64,000 nucleotides of DNA from Planctomycetota bacterium (GCA_965248445.1 CBDFJG010000004.1:1664001-1728000), one strand, 5' to 3'. Counted from the first letter of the stretch, positions 48,984-59,151 are shown. Notes: generated by a model from the sequence alone, not told the origin. Numbers and translations are program-made.

Positions 48984-49864
48984 GCGCGCACCTCGTCAGT
49001 CGTCACGTCCGCGGCCACCGGATCGCCCAGATTCACGACACGCGGAGTCGCGCGATCCGCACCTCCGGCACTGCGGCCGTCGAGGTCGAGTAAGACGGTC
49101 GTGAACCCCGCGGCTTGCACCGCGGAGACGAGCGCCTCGCGCCGCTCCAGCGCACGGGCGACGTCCTCGGCTGCCGAGAGCTCGACACGCGCCGCGGCGC
49201 CGTGATGGCGCACGCGGAGGTCATCGAAGCCGAGAACCCGCAGCGCCTCTTCGGCGCGCTCCACCTGATGCAGGCGCTGAGGCGTCACGGCCGAGCCGTG
49301 CGGAATGCGTGACGCGAGACAGGGGGCGGCCGGTTTGCTCGCGGTCGGCAGACCCAGCTCCCGCGAGACCGTCCGCACATCGGCCTTCGTGAGGCCGGCC
49401 TCGCGCAGCGGCGACCGCACACCGAGTTCGTGCGCCGCGCGAACCCCCGGACGGTCGGCCACGTCGTCGTCCGCGTTCAATCCGTCCGCGACGTGCGCGA
49501 CACCGTTCGCAGTCGCCCATGCCCCGATCCGCTCGTAGAGCTCGGACTTACAGAAGTAGCAGCGGTCGGGTGCGTTCCGCACATAGCGCGGATCCTCGAG
49601 CTCGCGGGTCGGGATCCGCTCGAGCCGGAGGCCCGTGATGCGGGCCACGCGCTCGGCATCGTCCAGTTCCCGCGCCGCCAGGCTGTCGCTCACGCCGGTG
49701 ACGGCAACGGCGTCGTCCCCGAGCACGCGGTACGCGAAGGCGGCCAGGAACGACGAGTCCACACCGCCGCTCAGCGCGACGGCGACCGTGCGCATCTCGC
49801 GCAGGATGGTCTCGAGACGCGAGAGGCGCACGTCGAGGCAATCCGCCGCTCTCCCTTCCTTCAT
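48980..49864 (-). CDS. larE: LarE-family ATP-dependent sulfur transferase (PP-loop)
   Basis: ALSGGVDS PP-loop, DRCYFCK, DGLNADD, RPG, KPAAPCLASRIP, LRVRHHG. Confidence 0.92.
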   Translation of the reverse strand: MKEGRAADCLDVRLSRLETILREMRTVAVALSGGVDSSFLAAFAYRVLGDDAVAVTGVSDSLAARELDDAERVARITGLRLERIPTRELEDPRYVRNAPDRCYFCKSELYERIGAWATANGVAHVADGLNADDDVADRPGVRAAHELGVRSPLREAGLTKADVRTVSRELGLPTASKPAAPCLASRIPHGSAVTPQRLHQVERAEEALRVLGFDDLRVRHHGAAARVELSAAEDVARALERREALVSAVQAAGFTTVLLDLDGRSAGGADRATPRVVNLGDPVAADVTTDEVRA

Positions 49865-49965
49865 CGGAAGCACTCTATAGCGGCCGGTGACGCTCCGGGA
49901 GTCCTGCGCCGCCCCTGATCCGCGCGACGCCCCTGTTCCGCGCGAGGGCAGGTAGATTGCAAAGC

Positions 49966-51540
49966 ATGCGCGCGCCTCCCACCGCCACTCGTCACGCCGC
50001 GGCGATCACAGCGATGCTGGCGGCGGTCTTGTTCGTAGCCGCCGCTCGGCCGGTGGCGGCCCGGGCAGCGGACGACGGCGCGGATGCAGATCCGTACGGC
50101 AAGATCCTGGCCGATTACCGCCAGCGCATGCGGACCGCGAACGTCGAGCGGGCCGTGGACGCGCTCCAACTGCTCGATCCGCAGAACTCACGGTCGCTGC
50201 CGGAGATCGTGAAGCTCCTGGCGACCGGACACTGGTACGTGCGAGGCCACGCCATCGATGCCCTGGCCACGGTGCCCGCGGGCCCGCTGCGCTCGGAGAT
50301 GCGACTCCACCTGATCACTCACGAGGACCCGTGGGTGCGCGAGGGCATCGCCTACGCCATGTCGACAGGGCCCGTTGCGGGAGACGCCGAGGCGCTCGCC
50401 GCCGCGATGGACGATGCGGACTTCCGGGTGCGCCGCACGGCCTCGCGGGCACTCGGCGAGATCCTGTCGAAGGAGGGCGTCCAGCGCCTTGTGCGCGCCA
50501 TCGCCGAGGAACAGGACGTCCGCGTTGTCGTCTGGGTGCGCAGGAGCCTCCGCATGATCGCGGGCAGCGACCTCGGCGCCGATCCGGCCGTCTGGCAGGA
50601 GTGGTGGAAGCGCCACAAGGACCGGCCCGAGTGGACGAGCCAGGGCGACGAAGTTTCCCGGGGCGACTTCGCCGGCGTTCCGCTCGAGACCTTCACCGTC
50701 GAATCGAACGTGACGTCCGAGGACGCGGAGCGCCGCCGCAACCGGCCGGACCTCTTCGTGCTCGCGCCGTTCGGTTACTCGCACGACTACTTCCGTCCGT
50801 ATCTCGACGAGGCGTCCCGCTTCGTGCGCATCACGTACGTGACGCTGCCAAGCGTCCGGGAACTGACCCGCTCGACGGGGTTCGGGTCTTCCATTCCCGT
50901 CTACCCCGTGGCGAAGCTCGCCAAGGCGCTCGACGCGCTGCGCGAGCAGAAGGAGAAGGACCAGATCATCCTGATGGCGCCGGGACCGGCGGTGTGGATC
51001 GCCGAGTACTACGCGCTCAAGCACGAGAAGCACGTCGCGGGGCTCGTGCTGTCCAACGGCTGGCTCGACCGCACCTCGTACGCCAACGGTCTCATGCGGC
51101 TTGCGCGAGACGGCACCGGACCGGAGAAGTGGGCAGCCGGACTGCTCATGGGCCGCGGCACCCCACGGCGTGACGAGCTGGAGGGTCAGCGCATGCGCCG
51201 CATCTTCCTGACGCACGCTCTGACCGACCGGCGGGACAGCGAGGCGTGGCGGCTGTGGAAGGACACCGCGCGCGACCACGGTTTCGTGACCGTGCCGCCC
51301 ATCGACTTCAGCCGGCGAGTGCGCATCGAGAAGCCCACGCTGTTCACGTTCCCCGGCGCGTCACCCCTCGGCGGCGGCACGCCGGAGGACCTCCGCCGCA
51401 TCCGTGAGTCGTTCAAGAAGCCGCCCCCGATCACCGCCGTGCTGCGCGACTCGAGGGGCCTGCTGCACGTGGAAGAGCCGCAGGAGTTCCTGCGCGTGCT
51501 GGAGGGCTTCCTCCGGTACATGGGACTGATCCCGCGCTGA
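49966..51540 (+). CDS. Exported HEAT-repeat + alpha/beta-hydrolase-fold fusion
   Basis: Signal peptide; HEAT repeats (DPWVREG, DFRVRRTASRALG), WQEWW; C-terminal hydrolase-fold pattern. Confidence 0.75.
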   Translation: MRAPPTATRHAAAITAMLAAVLFVAAARPVAARAADDGADADPYGKILADYRQRMRTANVERAVDALQLLDPQNSRSLPEIVKLLATGHWYVRGHAIDALATVPAGPLRSEMRLHLITHEDPWVREGIAYAMSTGPVAGDAEALAAAMDDADFRVRRTASRALGEILSKEGVQRLVRAIAEEQDVRVVVWVRRSLRMIAGSDLGADPAVWQEWWKRHKDRPEWTSQGDEVSRGDFAGVPLETFTVESNVTSEDAERRRNRPDLFVLAPFGYSHDYFRPYLDEASRFVRITYVTLPSVRELTRSTGFGSSIPVYPVAKLAKALDALREQKEKDQIILMAPGPAVWIAEYYALKHEKHVAGLVLSNGWLDRTSYANGLMRLARDGTGPEKWAAGLLMGRGTPRRDELEGQRMRRIFLTHALTDRRDSEAWRLWKDTARDHGFVTVPPIDFSRRVRIEKPTLFTFPGASPLGGGTPEDLRRIRESFKKPPPITAVLRDSRGLLHVEEPQEFLRVLEGFLRYMGLIPR

Positions 51541-51569
51541 GGCGGAGAACGAGACCTGAGGAGGGGACC

Positions 51570-52262
51570 ATGAGGACGATCGCACTCGCGACGGCGCTGC
51601 TCGCCACGCTTCTCATCGCATCGCCGCTGTCCGCGCAGGAGGGCGGAGCGCCCGATCTCGCGACACGTTGCGAGGCCGTGAAGTTCGAGCACCGGGGAAC
51701 GGACGGCGACAGTCTGTTGCCGGCGGGTCTGGTCGAGATCCGCGACGAACTCCGCGAACGCGGCGTCCAGTCGCTCGACGACATCGAAGCGGCGATTCCG
51801 AAGAGCGCGAATCTGCGCCGCCTGGTGCCGTTCCTGGTCGACGAGTGGCCGTGCGACAGGACCCGCGCGCTGCTCATCGGGCTCCTCTCGGACCGGGAGG
51901 ACTTCATCGCGTCGTTCGCCGCGTTCGCGCTGGGCGAGGTCGGCGGCAAGGAGGTCGTCGGCCCGCTGATCGAGGCCGCGACAAAGCGCCCGGGGACCCT
52001 GCGCCACAACGTCCTGACCGCGCTACCGGGTCTGGGCGGTCTCCGCAGGGCCGGATTGGAACTGGCGCTCACCTCCACGGGCGACAGCGAGGCCTGGGTG
52101 CGGCAGTCGGCCTACTCGTGCCTCGAGTCGGCGGACTGGGACAAGGCGATCGCGGAAGCGATCCCGGCGCTCGAGGAGGCCGTCGAGTTCGAGAGCGTCG
52201 TGGACGCCAAGATCGCCGGCCAGCGCGCGCTTCGGGTCCTGCGCGCCCGCTCGGAGAAGTAG
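51570..52262 (+). CDS. Exported HEAT-repeat protein
   Basis: Signal peptide (LSA-QE); AAFALGEVG and SEAWVRQSA repeats. Confidence 0.75.
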   Translation: MRTIALATALLATLLIASPLSAQEGGAPDLATRCEAVKFEHRGTDGDSLLPAGLVEIRDELRERGVQSLDDIEAAIPKSANLRRLVPFLVDEWPCDRTRALLIGLLSDREDFIASFAAFALGEVGGKEVVGPLIEAATKRPGTLRHNVLTALPGLGGLRRAGLELALTSTGDSEAWVRQSAYSCLESADWDKAIAEAIPALEEAVEFESVVDAKIAGQRALRVLRARSEK

Positions 52263-52350
52263 CCGCAGGGCGAGAGCCGCCGGGCCCTCGCCAAGAGGGA
52301 GCGAAACGTAGAGCCCGTCCCGTACGTTGCAGGGTGGAGAGGAAGCGCCC

Positions 52351-53520
52351 ATGCCCCATGCCCCATCGCACGTCTCGACGGTCTGCCTGTTGCTCGCCGG
52401 CCTGGCCGTCGTAGCCGCCGCCGGGGGCGAGACCGGGAAGGTGCCCGTGACCGAGCACTTCGCCGGGAAGGTCACCAAGATCACGCCCGAGGGCGAGATC
52501 GAGATCCGCTACGACTTCGAGGAGAAGGGCCAGATGGCCGACTTCGAGAAGTCGCTGCCGTTCCGGGCCGTCTCGACGGTCGAGGGCACGATCGAGAATG
52601 GGCGTGTGCGCTTGAAGGGCACGGGAAGCCTGCGCCACAAGGCGGTCTTCAAGGACTACGTCGCGGCGTCGGCCAAGTTCACGCCCTACATCCCGTACGA
52701 CTTCGGGTTCTCCGTGTCGGAGGAGAGCAAGAGCGAGATCTTCACGCTGTACTGCGTGCGCGACCGCTACTTCAGCAAGGGCGACAACGTCAATCACCCG
52801 CAGAACATGGTGATCAAGTTCATCCCGCGGGACGCGGGGCGACGCAAGGACGGCTACCAGGACTGGCGTTACTGCGGTTCGCGGGGCGAGAAGCCGGGCC
52901 TGCGCGGCGGCCAGACGATCGACGTGCAGATCCGCCGCGGCGAGAACAAGAGCTTCATGCAGATCGACGACACGTTCACGGCCAAGGGTAAGGAGGCCGC
53001 CCGCGACCTCACGACGCAGATGCTCGGCATCTACGGCTACAAGGCGGACACCCGGTTCGACGACCTGGTGGTCACCGGCGTCCTCCATCCCTCGTACGTG
53101 AAGCGGCACAACCTCGATCTCGAGGTCGAGCCGGAGGTGGTCGAGGACCCCGACGCGGCGCCCAAGAGCGACTACTCCGAAGAAGCGGCCGGACTGTTCC
53201 GCGCGAGGATCGCCGCGTATCCGCGCCAGACGAAGCGCCCGGCCATGGGCAAGATGCTTGCCGACGTCGAGGTGCCGCTGGCGTTGCGTCAGGAGGCCGC
53301 GGAGCGGATCAAGGCGAACCGGGACAAGAAGATGGTCCCTTACCTCCTCGACGCCCTGAACTCCGACGACCAGCCAACCCGCGGCCTGGGGGCTGACCTC
53401 GTCAAGGGGCTCACAAACAGCACGTTCGGCTTCCGGCCCGGCGACAAGCCCGAGAAGCGCAAGAAGGCGGTCCAGAAGCTCCTGGCCCACGTCCAGAAGA
53501 ACGCCCGCGACTTCCGATAG
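52351..53520 (+). CDS. Exported hypothetical protein (beta-rich domain + C-terminal HEAT-like region)
   Basis: Signal-like N-terminus; C-terminal VPYLLDALNSDD...LTNSTFGF. Confidence 0.7.
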   Translation: MPHAPSHVSTVCLLLAGLAVVAAAGGETGKVPVTEHFAGKVTKITPEGEIEIRYDFEEKGQMADFEKSLPFRAVSTVEGTIENGRVRLKGTGSLRHKAVFKDYVAASAKFTPYIPYDFGFSVSEESKSEIFTLYCVRDRYFSKGDNVNHPQNMVIKFIPRDAGRRKDGYQDWRYCGSRGEKPGLRGGQTIDVQIRRGENKSFMQIDDTFTAKGKEAARDLTTQMLGIYGYKADTRFDDLVVTGVLHPSYVKRHNLDLEVEPEVVEDPDAAPKSDYSEEAAGLFRARIAAYPRQTKRPAMGKMLADVEVPLALRQEAAERIKANRDKKMVPYLLDALNSDDQPTRGLGADLVKGLTNSTFGFRPGDKPEKRKKAVQKLLAHVQKNARDFR

Positions 53521-53705
53521 GGCTCCGTCAGGCTCGGAACAGCCCCGCGAGCCCGCAGGGCTTTCAGAACCGGGTCCTTCAGGTGACAATCCCAGGGTCC
53601 GGTGAACCTGACGGCAGGCTCGGACGTCCTACAGAACGACCCCCTCGCAGATTCGGCGAAACCGCCGGAACGCGCGAGGGTTGTGAGTCCGGAGGTAGAA
53701 GGACC

Positions 53706-54143
53706 ATGAAGAAGTTCATCCTGATCGCATTCGCGGCGCTCTCCTGCGTGGTGGCGGCGACGACCCTCGGCCCGGAGGCCAGCTACGCCCGTGGCGGCGG
53801 TGGCGGCGGTGGCGGTGGTCGCGGCGGTGGTCGCGGCGGCGGTCGTGGTGGTCGTGGTGGTCGTGGTGGTGGTCGTGGTGGCGGCGGCGTCGGTGGCGGC
53901 ATGACAGGCCGCGGCGGCCGCACCTCGAACGCACGCTTCGACGGCAAGAACACCTCGGGCTACATCGAGCAACTCCAGCGCGAGCAGGCGGACGCAGAAC
54001 GTCCGGACTTCCAGGCGGGCAACCGTGATGAGTCGCTGCGGCGCGAGCGGGACCGCTCGCGGGCGGCGGACCTGGCGGCCGAGCGCAACGACGCCGCAGC
54101 CGAGCGACGCGCCGACCAGGAAGCCGGCGCGCACCCGTACTGA
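53706..54143 (+). CDS. Small exported Gly/RGG-rich protein
   Basis: MKKFILIAF signal peptide, (G)nRGG repeats, charged C-terminal helix. Confidence 0.75.
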   Translation: MKKFILIAFAALSCVVAATTLGPEASYARGGGGGGGGGRGGGRGGGRGGRGGRGGGRGGGGVGGGMTGRGGRTSNARFDGKNTSGYIEQLQREQADAERPDFQAGNRDESLRRERDRSRAADLAAERNDAAAERRADQEAGAHPY

Positions 54144-54259
54144 TCGATGACCTCTTCGAGGTCCCTCCTCGAGCGCTGTATGACGCGCACGGGTAGGGAC
54201 CTCGTTCTCCATCCGGGCTTTCGCTCTGCAAAGCCTCTCCTCCAACTGCGAGGTGCGCC

Positions 54260-56017
54260 ATGACGCATCGCCTCCCCCCGTTCACGCGCACGCTGGCGCT
54301 CGCCTTGGCGCTCGCGCTTGGTTCGACGCTCGCACCGGTAGCGGTGCAGCCGGCTGCGCAAGCCGCCGAAGCGTCGGCAAAGCGCGTGAAGGACGCCCAG
54401 CGGAAGCTCCGCCAGCAAGACCTGACGGGAGCACTCAAGGACCTCGAAGCCGCGCTCAACGCGGATCCGAACGATCCCGACGCGAACCTCCTCTATCAGG
54501 ACACCGCGAGCGAGGTGCTCGGCATCGCCGACGTCGAGGCGCGCTACACCGAGCTGGCGGCTGCGAATCCTGACGATCCCCTGTTCCAGTTCCTCGCGGC
54601 GCGGCTGCTCGAGACCGAGGCCTCGGCGTCCGCGTTCGAAAAGCTGAAGGGGAAGTTCAAGGACTCGCCCTGGCCGCACGTCGGTAAGGCGCGCGCGCTC
54701 GAGGGGCTCGACAGGGTGGACACCGCGCTGAACGAGCTCGACGCGGCCATCGGCAAGGCCCCGGAGGCCGACAAGCCCCGTTTCCGCACCTACCGTGCGG
54801 CCGCGCTCGAGCGGGCCAAGCGCTGGGCGACCGCCGTGTCCTCCTGGCGCTCCGTCGTCGTGTCGCGTCCCGAAGACGGATCTGCACACATCGGCCTCGG
54901 TGAGGCGCTCCGCGGCTCCGGCGCGCCGGACGAGGCCATCGAGGCGTTCGACGCGGCCGCCAAGCACATGCCCGGAGACCCGGAGCCGCATTACCGCAAG
55001 GGCATCGCTCTCCTGGACCAAGGCAACTGGGACGAGTCCGTCGTGGCACTCGAGCAGGCGCTGAAGCTCGACAAGGAGATGGTCGAGGCGATGTGCGCGG
55101 CCAGCGAGGCGCTGCTCGCCAAAGCGACCGAGAACATCCAAGACCTCAGGAAGCCGTACGACGAGAAGGTCCTGTCCAAGGCGGACAAGTACGCGTCGAA
55201 GGCGATCACCGTCAACCCCGACAGCGCGCGCGCGCACTTCGCGCTGGGCGCGGTTCTCGAGGTCGCAGGTGAAGCCGACATCGAGAAGATGCGAACGGCG
55301 ATCGAGGAGTACTCGGCCGTTCTGGCGATCTACACCTTCCCGGGACCCGAGCGGGTGCGCGGGCTGGTTGCGCGCGCGTACGTGAACCTGCGTATGGCGC
55401 GTTTCCCTGACGCGCTCGAGGACGCGGAGAACGCCCTGGACATCGACGCGAACCACGCGACCGCAACGCTCCACGCAGCGCACGCTCTCGTCGGGTCGGA
55501 GCTCTACGAGGACGCGATCAAGAAGTACTTCAAGCCCGGCGCCAAGAAGTGGAAGACCGATCCCCGCTTCCCCCACGGCATGGGCATGGCGTACTGGAGC
55601 CTCGGCAAGATCAAGGACGCCGAGAAGGGCCTGAAGGCTGCCGCGAAGATCGAGCCGGACAACGGCATCTACCGGCTCGCATACGGCGAGTACCTCTACG
55701 AGCAGCGCAAGAACAAGGACGCGGTCAAGGAACTGTTCGAGGCCACGGAGTTGCGTCCCTGGGACGCGGCAGCGTGGCGTGCGTTCGGCCGCGCCTGCAC
55801 CTCGCAGAAGCACTGGGAGGACGCGGTCGAGGCGTTCGAGAAGGCCATCGAGCTGGATGCCGAGTCCATCGAAGAGCACCTCTACTGCGCCATCATCCTG
55901 GCCGACCAGATGAAGAAGCCCGAGGACGCCAAGCCGCACATCGAGACCTTCCGCGAGAAGGGCGGTTCGGATCCGAACCTCGAGGACTGGATGGACCGAG
56001 TCCTCGAAGGCAAGTGA
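54260..56017 (+). CDS. Exported multi-TPR protein
   Basis: Signal peptide (AQA); many TPRs (AHIGLGEAL, PHYRKGIAL, AHFALGAVL, AWRAFGRA). Confidence 0.9.
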   Translation: MTHRLPPFTRTLALALALALGSTLAPVAVQPAAQAAEASAKRVKDAQRKLRQQDLTGALKDLEAALNADPNDPDANLLYQDTASEVLGIADVEARYTELAAANPDDPLFQFLAARLLETEASASAFEKLKGKFKDSPWPHVGKARALEGLDRVDTALNELDAAIGKAPEADKPRFRTYRAAALERAKRWATAVSSWRSVVVSRPEDGSAHIGLGEALRGSGAPDEAIEAFDAAAKHMPGDPEPHYRKGIALLDQGNWDESVVALEQALKLDKEMVEAMCAASEALLAKATENIQDLRKPYDEKVLSKADKYASKAITVNPDSARAHFALGAVLEVAGEADIEKMRTAIEEYSAVLAIYTFPGPERVRGLVARAYVNLRMARFPDALEDAENALDIDANHATATLHAAHALVGSELYEDAIKKYFKPGAKKWKTDPRFPHGMGMAYWSLGKIKDAEKGLKAAAKIEPDNGIYRLAYGEYLYEQRKNKDAVKELFEATELRPWDAAAWRAFGRACTSQKHWEDAVEAFEKAIELDAESIEEHLYCAIILADQMKKPEDAKPHIETFREKGGSDPNLEDWMDRVLEGK

Positions 56018-57234
56018 AGGGCGCGACACGCCGACCGCTACGCACGCTGTTCGCAGCGGCGCTGATTCTGGCGCTGGCACCGGCCGCGTTCGCAAAGAAC
56101 AAGGTCGACGTGCCCGAGATCCCGGGCGCCACACCGGCCGCCCGTGTGGACGCCGCGCGCAAGCTCGCCACCGAGAACCCGGAGGGCCTGGCGCACGCAC
56201 TGGCCGCGATCGCCGACGCCAAGCCGAAGAAGGACGCCGCCGCCGAGGCACTGGACTTCCTCGTCCCGTATCTGGTCGGGGAGCCGTCCCGCGTTCTGCG
56301 CCTGCTCGCGGTCGACGCGGCAGAGCGCATCGATCCGGCCGGCGCTGCCGAGAGACTCCGGCCGTTCGCGGTGCCGGAAGACGCGTTCACCGCGGCGTGC
56401 GCCGCTGAGGCGCTCGGGTACGTCGGAACGAAGGAAGACGTGCCGCCGCTCGTCGAGCTGGCGCGCATCACGCGCCTCGACGTCTCCGTCGCCGCGATCC
56501 GTGCCCTCGCGCGCATCGGCGACAAGAAGTCGGTCACGCAGCTCGTGGACATCGCCCTGACCCACGAGCGCGCCGAGATCGGCGACGAGTGCGCGTGGGC
56601 GGTGCAGGACATCCTCAAGAAGGAGAAGGCGATCCTCGCCAAGCTGAAGAAGGCCGCGGGCAAGGACGTTGACAAGAGGATCCGCTACGACACGATCGCG
56701 GCGATGCTCGCGGACGAGTCACAGCCGCTGCACGCGTGGGACAAGAAGTCTCTCGACAAGCTGCGCAAGCTGGCGCTCGATCGGCCGGACGAGGTTGGGA
56801 ACCCGAATCCCGTCAGGCAGCGCAAGGCGAAGGTGACCGCGGTCCTGGCGTGGCTGAAGGAGAGCCTCCCCGCGCACCACTTCTCGGTCGTCGTGGCGGT
56901 CAAGTCCATCGACTTCCCGATCAAGAAGGACCCGACGAAGTTCCTCGATCGCGACGAGCTCGCGGTGGGCATCCCCATCGGGCTGAAGGGCGTCTCCTAC
57001 ATCAAGCAGAGTGAAGGCCAGGTCGCCTACCACGTGCTGCGCTCGGCAATGGTCCTCCTCGAGCACGCGATGGGCAACCCGACCTGGGGCCGCCGTGGCT
57101 GGCACAACGCAGTCAGCGACACCTACGACCTCTGCAAAATCGCCGGCCTCTACAGCGTCGCCGACGGCGTCAACCGAGACGGCCTACTGGATCAGATCTA
57201 TGGGTTGCAGAGCCCCCCTTGGCGCGGCGAGTAG
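56014..57234 (+). CDS. Exported HEAT-repeat protein
   Basis: GTG overlaps the TPR gene stop; signal peptide (AFA-K); AAEALGYVG, AIRALARIG. Confidence 0.75.
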   Translation: MKGATRRPLRTLFAAALILALAPAAFAKNKVDVPEIPGATPAARVDAARKLATENPEGLAHALAAIADAKPKKDAAAEALDFLVPYLVGEPSRVLRLLAVDAAERIDPAGAAERLRPFAVPEDAFTAACAAEALGYVGTKEDVPPLVELARITRLDVSVAAIRALARIGDKKSVTQLVDIALTHERAEIGDECAWAVQDILKKEKAILAKLKKAAGKDVDKRIRYDTIAAMLADESQPLHAWDKKSLDKLRKLALDRPDEVGNPNPVRQRKAKVTAVLAWLKESLPAHHFSVVVAVKSIDFPIKKDPTKFLDRDELAVGIPIGLKGVSYIKQSEGQVAYHVLRSAMVLLEHAMGNPTWGRRGWHNAVSDTYDLCKIAGLYSVADGVNRDGLLDQIYGLQSPPWRGE

Positions 57235-57297
57235 CCGCGACAAAAGGGGGCCTCTGCAACGGCCGCGACGCGAGTCCGCGTGCCAGCGGACGAGTGG

Positions 57298-57324
57298 GCA
57301 GAAGCCGTAAACAACGGCTTCTGC
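57298..57324. terminator. 11-bp hairpin between convergent genes
   Basis: GCAGAAGCCGT-AAACA-ACGGCTTCTGC. Confidence 0.55.
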
Positions 57325-57376
57325 AGCGGCACGGACGATCTGCGAGCCCCCCACCCATCGTCTCACCCCAACGGCT

Positions 57377-58513
57377 CTACACCTCCAGCACCTTCTCGTA
57401 CGGCGTCAGGTTCTCGCACCCGTCCTGCGTGACCAGCACCATGTCTTCGAGCCGCGCTCCACCGAGCTTCTCGTAGTAGAGACCCGGCTCGACCGTCACG
57501 ACGGCGCCGTTCGGCAGTCGGCTCGGCAACAATCCGAACGACGGCGGCTCGTGGATGTCGAGGCCGACGCCGTGACCGGTGCCGTGGAAGAAGCCCTGGT
57601 TGCGGCCGTTCTTCTCGCCCGTCGGCCAGCCCTCGGCATGGAACAGGTCGCGGATGCCCTGGTGGATGGCCTGCGCGTCGCAGCCGGCCTTGATCCGGTC
57701 GAACGCGTACTGCTGGCCGGCGTACACGGTGTCGTAGAGGTCACGCAACTCCCGTGACGCCTTCCCGCGCACGACCGTGCGCGTCATGTCAGAGTGGTAC
57801 CCCGTCGCGTTCTCCCGGGGGAAGATGTCGAAGATGATCGATTCATTCGGGCGCACGGGGCCAGAGCCGATGTCGTGCGGGTCGACGCACTGGTCCCCCA
57901 CGGCGACGATGGTGTGCGACGCCGTGCAGTCATCGCGTACCAGCGACTCGTGGATCACGGACCGCAGCAACTCGGCGGTGACCGTGTCGCCACCACGCCG
58001 TAGGACGCCGCTGCGCGTGCGCGCCTCGCGCAATACGTCGAGTGCCCCATTGAGCGCCCGCTCCCCGGCCGCCTGCGCGCGCCGGATGGCGGCGACCTCG
58101 TCGTCGCGCTTCCGTATCCGCTCTGGGAAGAACATCGGCGGGCGCACCTCGACGTCGATCCCTGCCGCCCGGAACGTATCCGCGGTGCCGACGGGGAACG
58201 ACGAGGGGACTGCCACGGCGCGAACCTCCTTCTCCTGCAGCACGAGCAGGAACGTCTCGGCGGGCGTCGCGGGACGCCCGAGTTTGCGACTCGCGCGCCC
58301 GCGGGCCGCGTAGCCGTCGATGACGTGCCGCGCGCGCCCCTGCCACTTCGCGCGGCCCACTTCGAGCGGCGAGACGACGATGTAACTGTGCGCGCCTCGC
58401 CGGAACCAGAAGGCGGGGTCCGTCAGCCACATCCCGCAGGCGTAGAGCATGTCCGCATCGCGCTCGCTGGCGGCATGGAGACAGAGTGCGCGCTGCGTCT
58501 TGCGGCGGCTCAC
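57377..58513 (-). CDS. M24-family Xaa-Pro peptidase
   Basis: DIFPR...SDMTRT, HGTGHGVGLDIHE, TVEPGLY, RLED metal-ligand motifs. Confidence 0.93.
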   Translation of the reverse strand: MSRRKTQRALCLHAASERDADMLYACGMWLTDPAFWFRRGAHSYIVVSPLEVGRAKWQGRARHVIDGYAARGRASRKLGRPATPAETFLLVLQEKEVRAVAVPSSFPVGTADTFRAAGIDVEVRPPMFFPERIRKRDDEVAAIRRAQAAGERALNGALDVLREARTRSGVLRRGGDTVTAELLRSVIHESLVRDDCTASHTIVAVGDQCVDPHDIGSGPVRPNESIIFDIFPRENATGYHSDMTRTVVRGKASRELRDLYDTVYAGQQYAFDRIKAGCDAQAIHQGIRDLFHAEGWPTGEKNGRNQGFFHGTGHGVGLDIHEPPSFGLLPSRLPNGAVVTVEPGLYYEKLGGARLEDMVLVTQDGCENLTPYEKVLEV

Positions 58514-59151
58514 GCTACGGCTCTCCCCGCGGACGTGCCGAGCACCGCGTCGAGCCGGTCGATCAGCAGCGCGCTCCAGGTCTCGAACGTGTCGCGCTCC
58601 TCCGTCGCCAGGCGCAACAGTTCTCGGCGCGGCACGAAAGAGCCGGTCAAGGTATCGGTCTCGCGCACGGTGACGTCGCCGTCCACCGAGACGACCGCGA
58701 CCAGACCGAAGTGCACGCTCCCCACGTCGGTGCTGTCGTCGTTCAGCGATCCGACCACGCGGGCGGACCAGTGGCCGTCGATGGAGATCTCCTCGTCGAT
58801 CTCGCGCTGCAGAGCCAGGTCGAGCAGGTCGCAGTCATGGCCGGGGTCCTGCCCGTCGTCGATCGGGTTGACGTGCCCGCCGATGCCGATCGATCGCTTG
58901 CCGTGCAAGCGTCCCTCGCCGCCGCCGATCCGCTGGGTGAGGAACACCTCGTCCCCGCGCGTGACGACGCAGTAGGGGATGACCTGCTTCATAGAGGCGT
59001 CCTGCTCTGCGTGTCGCCGCTCCACGAAGAAGCCGCAGGATCGGATTCGTGCGAGCAGCGCGTCCATCTCGGCCGCCTCGGGCACGACGAGGCCGTGGGG
59101 ACACGCGCGCTCGAACAGGTCGAACCGCTTCACGACGTAGACGAACTCCAT
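58510..59151 (-). CDS. NUDIX-superfamily predicted phosphoesterase
   Basis: KQVIPY, EGRLHGKRSIGIGGHVN, LQREIDEE, VGSVHFG. Confidence 0.85.
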   Translation of the reverse strand: MEFVYVVKRFDLFERACPHGLVVPEAAEMDALLARIRSCGFFVERRHAEQDASMKQVIPYCVVTRGDEVFLTQRIGGGEGRLHGKRSIGIGGHVNPIDDGQDPGHDCDLLDLALQREIDEEISIDGHWSARVVGSLNDDSTDVGSVHFGLVAVVSVDGDVTVRETDTLTGSFVPRRELLRLATEERDTFETWSALLIDRLDAVLGTSAGRAVA

